Source: Adineta vaga (lineage: Eukaryota; Animalia; Rotifera). From it: a stretch of 64,000 nt of DNA. Shown piece after piece: positions 33,642 through 45,069 of the stretch. The position numbers were made by a program, and so were the translations under genes. Numbering within the stretch: position 1 is the first letter of the stretch; every line of letters begins with the position of its first letter. A model generated the notes under the pieces. The model saw nothing but the letters and a program-made list of their open reading frames with translations, had not been told where the DNA came from and did no database searches. The stretch lies in the NCBI GenBank assembly GCA_021613535.1, contig CP075492.1:1984001-2048000 (forward strand), given 5' to 3'.

Positions 33642-33864
33642 TGTGACGATTTCTGATGGAAGAGATGTATATCCTGATGGAATCATGTCATTCTTTATTT
33701 CTTCCTAACATTAATCGCATCTTTTACATACAAAAACACAAGCTTATATACGTGCAACCAAAAGAAAGAGAACGAGGGAGGAAATTCATGAGAGAGAGAT
33801 AGATAAGAGAAAGAGAACAGCCCAAGTAAATGGATAGAACGATATCATCACAGATATCGTTACA
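33642..33864. mobile_element. Family A, copy 2 (opposite orientation)
   Basis: About 130 bp homologous to 32940-33066. TGTGACGAT...ATCGTTACA termini; TSD AATCT/AGTCT. Confidence 0.75.
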
Positions 33865-34633
33865 AGTCTCTTTTGAATTATCATGCTAATTTTCTGCACA
33901 TATATTTTGTAGATAAAAGAAATATTTGAACTATTAATTCAAATCTCTTCAGTGCAAGATAGCACCGCATTCAATTTTTTTTTCGATTTTCTCCCAGCAG
34001 AAACACCTGAAAAGAGAATTGAGATATCTCTCTAATGAATTGCAAATCACGTTTTCTGATCTAAATCGTATCCGTTTGTAAAAACCTTAGACCCTCATTG
34101 ATCGGGACTGACTTGAAAATTTGAGAATAGGAGTATTCCCACTAAATTTTAGAGTCAAGTTGAACATTTATATAATAGCACGAAAAAAGTTAGTCACAAT
34201 TAGGATATCAGAAGAAAATATTAATCACTTATGGAAACGAAAACAGCTTCTTGATTTGAATAGCAGGTTCCTGAATTTTCACATGATTTTCAGTAAGAGA
34301 CCTCTGATTTTGTAAATTTGGCTTTGGCAACCCTGATAAAAATATATTTCGATCTAATTGATTATTAAAAAAAGACAAAAAGCTTCTTGAATAAACATTC
34401 AAAAAAGAAATTGAATTATTAAAGATCTTTCCAGGGAAGGAAAAAAAGCAATTCATTTCAAATAATTCGAGGGTGTGGGTGAGTTAAACTACCATGACGC
34501 GTTTCGATCTAGCTTAAGGATCTCATCAGATGACTTTGAATCCTAGTCTAAAATTACTGAAGTGTGTTAAAGAAGATATCAATGATGTAATTATTTTTTT
34601 ACGGAATGTATATCTGCTTAATTGATATGGTAT

Positions 34634-34688
34634 TGAGGGTGTGGGTGAGGGTGACAATTCATCTTCTCTTTTCCCACACCCACACTCC
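34634..34688. repeat. Telomere-repeat-like hairpin
   Basis: TGAGGGTGTGGGTGAGGGTG...CCCACACCCACACTCC. Confidence 0.75.
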
Positions 34689-35001
34689 TAAGTTTCATTC
34701 GAACAAAAATATTTAGATCCTTTACATTTTTTGTTATTTAAATAACTTTATAGAATTCTTCAATATCATCAATTACATAATCTCATACACCATGTTGAAA
34801 ATATGATTTATACATTGAAATATACGGTTTTAATGGATACATATAATGCATTTTTTGATAAAGGAAAAAGTTTAGAAACTAGAGTGTGATCGAGGGGTTA
34901 GAAAATTAGTCTTTCGTACATCCAAACTCACCCATACTCTCAAAACACAAAAATCGCTAGATAAAAAATAAAGAAAGCGAGATTATAAAGAGCAAAAAAC
35001 T

Positions 35002-35445
35002 TTAAAACTTTGACACGCTCATTGCCATGCCAATCAAGACTATAATAAACAAATTAGAAATGTTAACATCTAATTTAGCGATCCCATTTTTCAGTCCTAA
35101 AATACTACAGAATGGGTTGTCCCAATTGGTTACAGTAAAAAAGCTACTGTCTGCATTGAGAGTGACCGAAGTGTTTGCAGAAAATACAACCATCCATCCT
35201 GTATAACCATTTATATGAAGGTAGCCCGAGTATGTAGTGACACCATTACAATCACTACCACTCACAAGAGAATTAACCGTATAAGTGTTTGCTGAAGTAC
35301 TTGTAAACACTATTTGCCCCACTAGGCAACAACAAGATGTAGTATCACATGCTAGTTCAGTCGTATAAATCCCATTCCATGATTGAGAATGAACTACGTC
35401 GAGAATTGATGCTATGAGAAGAAGTAAAAATGTTGAATAGAACAT
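35002..35445 (-). CDS. Small secreted Cys-containing protein with hydrophobic C-terminus (possible GPI anchor)
   Basis: Signal peptide, CDTTSCCC, C-terminal hydrophobic tail. Confidence 0.65.
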   Translation of the reverse strand: MFYSTFLLLLIASILDVVHSQSWNGIYTTELACDTTSCCCLVGQIVFTSTSANTYTVNSLVSGSDCNGVTTYSGYLHINGYTGWMVVFSANTSVTLNADSSFFTVTNWDNPFCSILGLKNGIAKLDVNISNLFIIVLIGMAMSVSKF

Positions 35446-35749
35446 GTTTCTGTCAATTGATATTCACAAGGTTTGAATGAAAAGTTATTAGAAATATAAT
35501 CGATGAAATTTATACCTTTTATATATATTTAATTGCATTTATTTGGTTAGAAAAATATACGAAAAACAAAAACATATCAGTTGACTTCTAGAAAAACAAT
35601 TATATCCGCTCGTTCTTCACTTCGTTTTGACGTCAATCTTCTGACAGATACGGACAAATTCTGTTAATTATTAAGAGCTGACGCTTGCTTTTGTTTCACA
35701 CGTATGATCCGGTTATAAGGCGAATTTTGAATGCAGCAATTGCTCTTAA

Positions 35750-36450
35750 ATAATTATTCATTTCTTGAAAAGTTCCAGTCATATTATGGCACAATTGATG
35801 AAGATCTAGATGGTTATGAGGAACCGAGTTCCTATGCAATCACTTTTGTATGTTGACCAAGATCAGATTAATTATGCGGACAGATTTTACGTTGAATCAT
35901 CGGAGCAGAAGTTGAGTTATTTAATTCACTCTAAGCAATGTCCATATTATGAATAATCTGCGTATACCGAAGAACATCAACTGAACTCGTTTTTGATAGA
36001 GTTGTGTGGAAACATTCTATACTTAGCTGATGATTTCCCAATTGTCCGGCAATCATTCTGCGTTGATTATAATAACTCGATAGTTCATTCGACTCTAGTT
36101 GGCCAAAAATTCGTGTACATTGCTGATCAGCTTCCATTGGTTGACTCATATCGAGTAGAACATCATCACATGTTGATAAAACCTCATTTCAACCATCGCT
36201 CAAATGTTTCCATATTGAGAAGATAAGTATTGACAAGAAATAATAATGCAGCATGACGATTTAGATTTGTAGGAAAATATGAGTTGATCGAAATGAGTTT
36301 GTTTATTGAATTTTGAATTCGATCTACTTCACCTTTTGACATCCATTGAGCGTGGAAAACTTTCATGACTGTTTTCAATTGTTGTATGTTTCTGCATATT
36401 GATTAATCTTCATGATATATTTGACGATAAAACTGAATCAGTTCGCTTCT
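35750..36450 (-). pseudogene. Heavily decayed ART/TPR remnant, copy 5
   Basis: KVFHAQWMS..EVDRIQNSINKLISINSYFPTN parallels VYRGQ...MQSFLSTS of the intact copies. TPR-like fragment at 35931-36149. Boundaries approximate. Confidence 0.5.
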
Positions 36451-37741
36451 TTCAGATATTTTTGTTTGGGTGAGAGTGAGGGTGAGAATTCGTTTTCTCC
36501 TTTCCCACATTCTCACCCTCACACACACACATACCATTTAGTATGCACGCTGATGAATAGAAACCTACTGGATCTTAAGTAGTATTCAGTTTCAAAGATA
36601 AAACACTATCGTTGAGGGATGAAAAGTTTCTTTCGATTATTGGATACGATTATAACAACTGTGCATTTTATTGCTATTTCTCTCAAAATATAATTCTTAA
36701 GTAGAATTATTCCTAATAAGCCCATGTATTCAAAATCGCCTCGGTTTTGATGACGAACGTGAAAGAACAATGCAAAGAAAAGATGGATGACGCGAAGAGA
36801 ACAGAGAGAAGAGATGACAGGAACGATTACACACACACACACGTATATATGTATTGTATATATATGTGATACAGCTGGAATATCCCGACAGAAAAAAAGG
36901 AAAAGTACATATAAAGAAAGGAAGGAACGACACAGGGGAGTAATCCGAATATCGAACGTCACTACATCACTGATAAAAAAGATGTCGAAACAAGAGTGAT
37001 ACAATTAAAAATAATTAACTATTTCATCTCATATTATTATTTTTTTACATTTCTATCGTTATGAAAAAGAAAAATCCAGTTGCTATTGATTTATTTTTCT
37101 TCAGAAGATGATGTAGTTTTATTTTAAATGTTTACTGGAAGAAAATGGAAAGATAGTTTAAAATACCAAAAAATATACGTGATGTATTCGAACGATATCA
37201 CTCGAAAACAAATATTCACTTATGCTTCGCAAAAATCCAGCCGGAGAGATAAGACAGAACGCAGAAAAGGCGATGACTCATACTTGGGAAAAAACCAACA
37301 CAAGAAAGAATAAATACCTAGTAAAAGACTATGTCGTATATATACGCTGTCGACTCAAATCTGGCGCAAAACGCAACACAATATTCTCCTCGCATTCATC
37401 ATTTATTTTATTTTTTTTGCAATATAAAGAACTGTTGACAGATCAAGTAATAAAATATCAGCATTGCAACGTTTCATCTAATAGTAAAGTTTAAAGAAAC
37501 CAAAGATCACTAAATTCTATGTAATTTGCTAAACATTGAGAAAACGACAACGATATGTAGTAAAAAGATAAGATATTTACTTCTGTTTTATGACTCTATA
37601 GCAGGCTGACCTGAATTCAATTTGATATAAATCAGTCTCTTTTTCATTTAGTCCATTTTCAAAAATTGTTCTATATTATGATTCTTATCGATCTTCTTCT
37701 TTGTTGTTGTTTCTTTCCGTGATAACGTTCATCAACAGTTG

Positions 37742-38293
37742 ATGTTGAAGTTCCTACTATTGTTTATTTTATTGTTCACACAGTACTTATTAGTCTGAAT
37801 GGCTTTGTTCTGTTTCTGAGCCCTTATTTGCTGTTCGGTACGCATCTTTCGTTTACTCAGTCATTGAACTCTTGGATACTTGAGAGAAGTCATGAGGCTT
37901 CTAGTGCGCAGATGTTCACTAATGGTGATATGAATACTAACGAGGAATTGTAAGATTCTAAGTCCAATTAGCGTTAAAAGCTCTGTATACACTATTTATT
38001 CATAATTGTAATGTGCTCTTATTTACTATAGCATGGACGACGACATCAGCGTGAATCAGTTGAATAAAGCTATCCAACAGGGTAAGGCTCCTAAGACCAT
38101 AATCCGCATCGATCCGGCTAACCCACCGCGGTATGATCGCTACATTCATGCTCACTTCACAGATGGTAGTGCACTTTACATCAACGGCGAGTGGAAGCAT
38201 CCTCCGAAACCCGGTTCAAAGGTCTTGACGAACGACGCGAGGGAATGGCTGACGAAAAACGGTTGGAAAATGCCACCAGATGGCAACAATTAA
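37742..38293 (+). CDS. Predicted secreted 133-aa protein: signal peptide, acidic spacer, bacterial polymorphic-toxin-like domain (exons 37742-37792, 37861-37949, 38032-38293)
   Basis: MLKFLLLFILLFTQYLL leader. GT-AG introns of 68 and 82 nt keep the frame. The last exon encodes QGKAPKTIIRID...HAHFTDGSALYINGEWKH...EWLTKNGWKMP. The exon 1 donor (GTCTGA) is weak. Confidence 0.6.
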
Positions 38294-38699
38294 TTGTCAA
38301 CTAATTCAAAAACTGACTTCTAAAATAATTCAACTTCTATTAACCTTGGTTCGTGCTTTCGGTAGAGACTATCAGAGTCTAGTACGGTCTACCATTATCT
38401 ACAAGAATCCAGTTAGTCGTATGATGTTGAGAATGATGAGAGCGAAAACACATACATGTTAAGAGGCTATATCACCTGGTTGTGGGAGAGGGTGTAAAAA
38501 ACACGCATCACACTAGCATAAGAACATAGAGAGCAAAATATCTAAGATTCAGGTAGATGCCGGATAGATCCTAGTAGACTCTGATAGACTTTTATAGATA
38601 TCTAATAGATTTCTATGTATCGTTGATTAGCTATTGTACACTATAATCGATTCGTCTTGAGGGTGTGAGTACTGTTTAAATTGAGCCCACACCTAATAG

Positions 38700-38826
38700 A
38701 TACTGGAACTTTTTCTTTCTCTCGTATTTGATATTTCAAACTGAGAATTGTGTCAGTAGGTTGAACTTCACATCCTCCAAGTCGCCCTGAGGGATTTATT
38801 ACGAATATGTACATTGGATTTTCCAT
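38700..38826 (-). pseudogene. Ubiquitin-like N-terminal fragment
   Basis: MYIFVINPSG...EVQPTDTILSLKYQIREKEKVP parallels ubiquitin residues 1-37. No C-terminal half found. Confidence 0.5.
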
Positions 38827-39094
38827 TTCATAAACAATTACAACGCAATTCTTCTGTAAGTAGAGTTTTTATCGACTTGCTTTTATCTATACGATCGTAA
38901 ATATTGTAATACATATGAGCTAGTTGTAAATTTATTGTGCTTTGAGAAGTTTCGAGTTGTCTTTTGAAATTTTATCCATAATTTTACGTTTAATTCTACT
39001 GTTATATATCTAATGAAATTAGTTTTTATTATGTTAAAATAAAACAAAAGATAAAAGACAATTAATATCGATCTTTATTTCCATTCACATTCCT

Positions 39095-41899
39095 CTATTC
39101 AAAGTTTTCATCATCAATTTCCTCCATAATCAATTCTGATGAAATATTCCGACCATGTAAACTGCGCAGAGTTTCTTCTAGAATCTGCTTTAGTTGTTGT
39201 TCTGTAATCGGTGCTTCATCATACGCTTTTTGTAATAATTCGTGTTTACGATTTGCTTGGACACTTTCTGTTGCTTCTTGTAAAGTAAGGAGAAGTTCAA
39301 TGGATTGTTGCATTTCTCGAAAGTTAGAAGTAGGAGGTTTAACATTCAAAAACAAACGTAATGCTTGTTGACAATATTGATAAGCTATTTCTTTGTCGAG
39401 CATTGAATTTTGTTCAACATAATACTTCGCTATATACAAATAACATTCTCCTGTTTCTTCTAAATATTTTCTTCGTAAAGTAGCTAAATCTGTAACATAG
39501 GTAAGTAGATAGAAGCATCGAAGGAAGAAACGTTTTCTTCTTTGTAAATAACCTAAACGACTATAACAAATAGCAAGTTCTGTCGACCACGTTTCTTCAA
39601 CCATTGATAGTTCGACAATAGCTTGTTCATACAAACTTTTCGCTCGTATCGGATCATCCGTACAATAAACATGAGCTAAATACATGAAGAATTCACCAAA
39701 TGATTGATCATCTTCTTCAAGTAAATCTTTCCAACGATCGTAGCAAATAAGAGTCTGTTCTTTATTGTGCACAAGATACCAATAAGCATGTCCAAGAGCG
39801 CGATATCTTTCCATAAGTGCACTTCTAAATAATGCCATGTCTATAGATCTTTCTTGACAATGAACGTAAATATATTCCAAATAATTAAATACATTTGGAT
39901 ACCAGATTTCCATTGCACGTTCTGACTCAATATAAGGTAGATCAGTAGCAATGTGAGTAAAGATATCGAAATTATCTTTATCCGGGCCATCGAAACATTC
40001 ATCTAATAGCTCGCGATAGATTGACCACGTTTGTGCATATTGACCCATCATTCTGTAGACTTGAGCAATATTAATCTATGAAATCATCGAAAATAACTGA
40101 AATAAATAATATAGAAACTACTAGTTTTTCATTTACCTTTCGTGCAATAATTGTTGGCATATTCTCAATGTGATAGGTCTGTGCTTTTTCATAATAATCT
40201 AGAGCTCGTTGAAATTCACCTTTTTCTTTGCACATTGTTGTTAAACAATCCCAAAGTGCAGCGAATGTGTCAGCAGAAATAGTTGGCTTATGAGCAAGAG
40301 AATTTCTATTAAAAGATTTCAGTCCTTTCAATAGAAAAAGTGCAGTGACTGCATGCTTTGTATTCCCTTGAATTTGAGCAGTTTCATCCATTGTCACAAT
40401 ATTCCCTTCTGGAATAACAAGTTCATCGAGGAGGATGGATATTCCATTAGTAAATATCTGACACATTTCTTCATTGGAATTATTATCAGAAGAAGAAGAA
40501 GAAGTGGAGGACATCAATATTCTAACAGCAAGATCGAGTTTAATCAAACGTTGATGTAATAATAGAGATAAATTAGTTTCATCACCATCCACGCTACATT
40601 CAACTTTCCAAACATGTTCATCATCATCGTATTCTACTTGTCTAACCGAGAAGCTATACAGAGGCGAAAAGAGAATTTCTTCTTCATCCTCATTATCACT
40701 ATGATCTTGTATATTTGCAACACCTCGTGAGAGCTTTAATGAAGAACAATTAAAATGAAAAAGAACTGGTTGAACAGGTTCATCTTTTTCAATGGCGCCT
40801 GATCCAGAAAACATACGAGCAACTTCGATATTCTTTGTTGTTGAAAGAAAACTTTGGAAGAAACCTTGTTGATAACTCACTTTCAAATCCTCAATTTCAT
40901 CGATAGACATCCGTTGACCGCGATAAAGATTGTCTAGTTGTTCCCAATTGATATTTTCAACTTGTTCACTTGCCGCAAGTAATTGAAGATCTAAATCTCG
41001 AATAAAAAAATGTAAGAGTAACAAAGCTTCGATATTCTGTTGACGCAAAGCTTGATTGACTAAAGTATATAGAAAACCATTACGTGTATACCAATAAATG
41101 GCTCGATTAGGGATGTAAGTTTGATCGAATTCATCAACTATACGAAGTATTGATTGTTTATTCACGAATAAACGACGACATTCTTCGACAAAAACTTCCT
41201 TTCCATTTGCATTTGCTTCAGTTTCTGTTAACGTATCAAGAAAATTAAAAAAATAATCGTTATTTGAACCTAATTTGACACATGCAGTACGTTCCGTAAC
41301 ATCGGACGAAGATGTTGAACTTGCACTTGATTTGGCAACAAAATTCTCACGACCTATTGTAATAGCTTCTCGTGAAACTAATGAAAATAATTTTGTCATA
41401 TCCTTATCAACACTTTTTATCTGAAATTTTGACAAAAAAGATGGATTATATTGAAAATAATTAAGATGGATACCTTTTCATGATTTTTTATAAGATCCAT
41501 ATCGCCATTCACTGTGTTTTCATGAATATAAATTGAATTGACAGCTTCGAAAATAGTAAATAATTCCGTAAGCTGTAACAATGTAGTAGTATTAAAAACA
41601 GAAACAATCATAATAATGTACGATCTATCATTCGTTAGTGACTGAATATAATCTCTACATTTGTCAATGTTAGCAAAGCATTCAAGATAATCGATGACTC
41701 CACGACGAAATTTTGAATTAATAGTATAATATTCTAATGGATTTGTTTGCTGTTCGTTGACCCAAATGATATGATATTTCATTAAAATGTCCAGTTGGCT
41801 AAAAACAGATATTGTTTCACTACATGACTTTTTTGTTGAATGTTCTAATGATGATTTGTCAGAGAGACTTCTCTTATTCAAATGCGACGAAGTAGCCAT
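39095..41899 (-). CDS. Receiver-like/ART/TPR protein, copy 6, intact (exons 41899-41474, 41420-40137, 40075-39095)
   Basis: Two in-phase GT-AG introns (53 and 61 nt). AIYWYTR, LYRGQ, FLSTT, DEEEIL. TPR-like helices. Confidence 0.82.
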
Positions 41900-42587
41900 A
41901 AAAATAACTGACTTAGTCAAGATTGTTTACGACAGACACGCCGGTTTTATTTCTTCCAACTTTGTCGACAGTTACCAACATCTTTTTTTTCTTTTCTTCG
42001 TCGATTCGGAGAGGAAGATAAAGAGAATAAAAAAAGTTCTACATTTAGTTGTATTAAAGAAATCTGTCGGCTATTCGTTTTATCGTAAATTGGACCCTAA
42101 AATTAAAAGAGGCGATGGTGATGTACGTTGGTATTTTTTTCTTCAACAATCTCCTGACTTCTACTCGCACCCATACCCTATGGAAATTGAATGGATGAAT
42201 TTCTAAATGTATTGAATATGTTAAAATTTGGATTTATTTTTGTTAAATTAAATGAAATAAAAATGAAGTTGTAGATTTATTCGGTAGAAGTTACTTTGCA
42301 ATTATTTGATGGTGTGAGTGAGTGTGAAGCCAAATGATTCTCACTTTCACTCTCACTCTCACCTACACCCTCGAATGAACATTTTCGTACTGATATTTTA
42401 TTCAAAGAATTTTATGTTAAGGAATAATTTCACAACATGAACTCGACTATAACATTATCTTATGAGAAAAGGATTTTAAATTAAATTAAACTTAATCTTA
42501 TAACAATTATACAAATTTTAATGAAAATATTAAAAATATCATATTTTCACAAATTGATAGTTGTCATAATTGATGTTAAGTATAATT

Positions 42588-43804
42588 TTAATCTGAATCT
42601 ACTTCAAATTTTTGTATGCGACAATTTCCTCTATCAGTAACAATCAAGTTTTCTTGGCTGTCGAAAACAATATACCAGGGATCATGTAAGTATTCTGACC
42701 ATCTGCCATAACCATTCTCATTAATAATAACTTCACCTTGGATGTCTCCTTCACGCCACCGTAGAATTCGATGATTTTTCGAGTCGACAATATATAATTG
42801 GCCCATTTTATCCATTGCTATTCCTTGAGGATAATTCAATAATTTTTCATTTCGTTCTTTATTAATAATAATTCCTTCTGTCGCATCCTTCGGCCATTTC
42901 ATTACACGATCGTTCGTCGTATCTGATACATAAATAGTATAATTATCATCAACTAGAATAAATGCAGGGCTATCGAGTTGATTAAGTTTATTTCCAACAC
43001 CATGTCCACCTGCGACTATTGTTCCATCTTTCTCTCCTTGTTTCCACCGCCTGACACTATTACGATCAGCATCAACAATATAAAGAGATCCATTTTTATC
43101 CAATGCTAAACCACAGCACGCAATATCAGTAATCATAATTTGTGGATTTATCTTCTTTTCAGGAAACCATCGAAGTATTCGATAATTTAGACGATCACAA
43201 ATTATTAAAGAATTATTATTATATTTATCAATTATAACATCTCGTGGAGAATACAATTGATCGCTACGATTTCCTCTCCCATTTTCACCCAAAATAATTT
43301 CCCCACTATCCGATCCGATTTTCCATTGAACAAGACGATTATTCATTGCATCAACAATATACATATTTTTATTCTCATCATCGATACACATACCTGCTAA
43401 GCTATGGAATTGATTGGATTTATTCCCACAGACTACTCCTCCAGCAATTGTCATTCCTTTTCTTTTCCATGTCATTTGTTTTTGAACTAAAAAGACAAAC
43501 ACGCAATAAATAAACATTGCATTCTAGTTTATGATAGCAAAAAAGATCTTGAGGATGAATATGTGACTATGAGTCTCGCTGCTACAAACTATTCTCATGC
43601 ATACCTCCAAGATCAAAATCGAAAAATTATAACATACTCGTTGTTGTTGTTGTTGTTGTTGTTTGTATCGATTTCGTTGTTAAAGTTTCTTTGACACTTG
43701 TATTTTCTGATTTTATAATAATGATTGGAATAATTAAAGCGAGAATTGAAGTAATCATCAAAAACATAATCCATAAACATTTTTTTCCTTCAATAGTGTT
43801 ATAG
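42588..43804 (-). CDS. Membrane-anchored NHL-repeat beta-propeller protein (5' exons uncertain)
   Basis: Six NHL repeats (IYVSDTTNDRVMKW, LYIVDSKNHRILRW). The upstream exon 43804-43638 encodes a TM and poly-Thr stretch and splices in phase to 43486. Confidence 0.8.
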
Positions 43805-44301
43805 CTAAAATTATTATTATGTATTATGATTAAATAATCTCGGGGAAATAGAGAGAGCCCATCGAGTTATTGAAAAACTATTGATTTATATTCTAAGATT
43901 TCAATTTCTGACTCATTTATCCCAATATTTTCAATGAAACATTAATTAAAACAAGAGGAGTTTATATATATTCTTATTGAATCTATTTGATAAGATACAT
44001 ACCCTGTTTCTAATTGGACAGTCATCGTTTGATCAGTATCGATTTCAAGTAATTGATTCTACAAGAAAATAATATAAATAGCATACTGCACGTTTATTGT
44101 GGAACTCACATCATTATTATTCGTTTGATTACGATACATTATTGATGTTTCTATAAAAAAATTTCAACAAATTCTTATAGATTTTCACACTTAAAATCTG
44201 AAAATTCATCGGCTTTGAAATAGTTAGAAAGTAAATATATTTCTCTTAGAAAAAATGATCAAAATACAAAATCATTGTAAATATGCAGCTTATCGAGCAG
44301 T

Positions 44302-44533
44302 CATTCTATTCCGGAATTCCTTAGCGAAATTCAGTTATGTTTCGTATAGGAGATAACTCTGTAACACAAGACAATACGTGAGGGGGAAGAGATACGGTAT
44401 GTTCCATCTGGGAATTTTTAAATTGACAGGAAATAGGTTCTAGGAATTTCGGAATTATATGAAATGATCATTAGAAAAAAGTTCATATTCGACGGAACTG
44501 ATTCTCGATTGTGCAAGATTACGGAATAGAATG
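44302..44533. mobile_element. Probable MITE
   Basis: 15-bp imperfect TIR CATTCTATTCCG(G/T)AA and internal GGAATT motifs. TSD not evident. Confidence 0.45.
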
Positions 44534-45069
44534 TATTCTCAGCCTATTATGATGGTTTCGACGATATTTACGCTTCATATTGCTGATTTCCAATGAATAT
44601 CGGTGAATGATTTTAGATCTAATTTTTCTCTATTGCACTTCACATGAACAAGAATTGAAATATGATTAAAATAATGAAATCTAAAATAGATATACAAAAT
44701 TAGTTTTCAAAAATAGCTTTTCAAGTCCATATTTTCTACACAAGCAAAACTAAAATATTCAATTAATGAAAAAAGAATTCGAGTTTATTCATACATAGAC
44801 AATTTGACGAGACATTAAGCGTATTGAAGAAAATCGTATAGAGAACAATTCATCAATTAATTACGACACAACACAGAAAAAAATCTCACCTCAAAATCAA
44901 ATATAATTCATAATGATCTAACTGTCGTTATTTTTACATTACAGGATGAAATTCGTGTGGACTAAACTGATTTAAATGACTAATTTTTAAATAGATTGTT
45001 CTTTAAACAATCAAATAGAATAATATTTGTAATGGATTAGAGTTTTTTTGATAAAATACTTAATAAAGA

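Noticed and set aside
36606-37494. Several overlapping 60-130 aa ORFs
   Set aside because: Low-complexity, microsatellite-containing sequence without recognisable motifs. Other short antisense ORFs in the track were ignored for the same reason.
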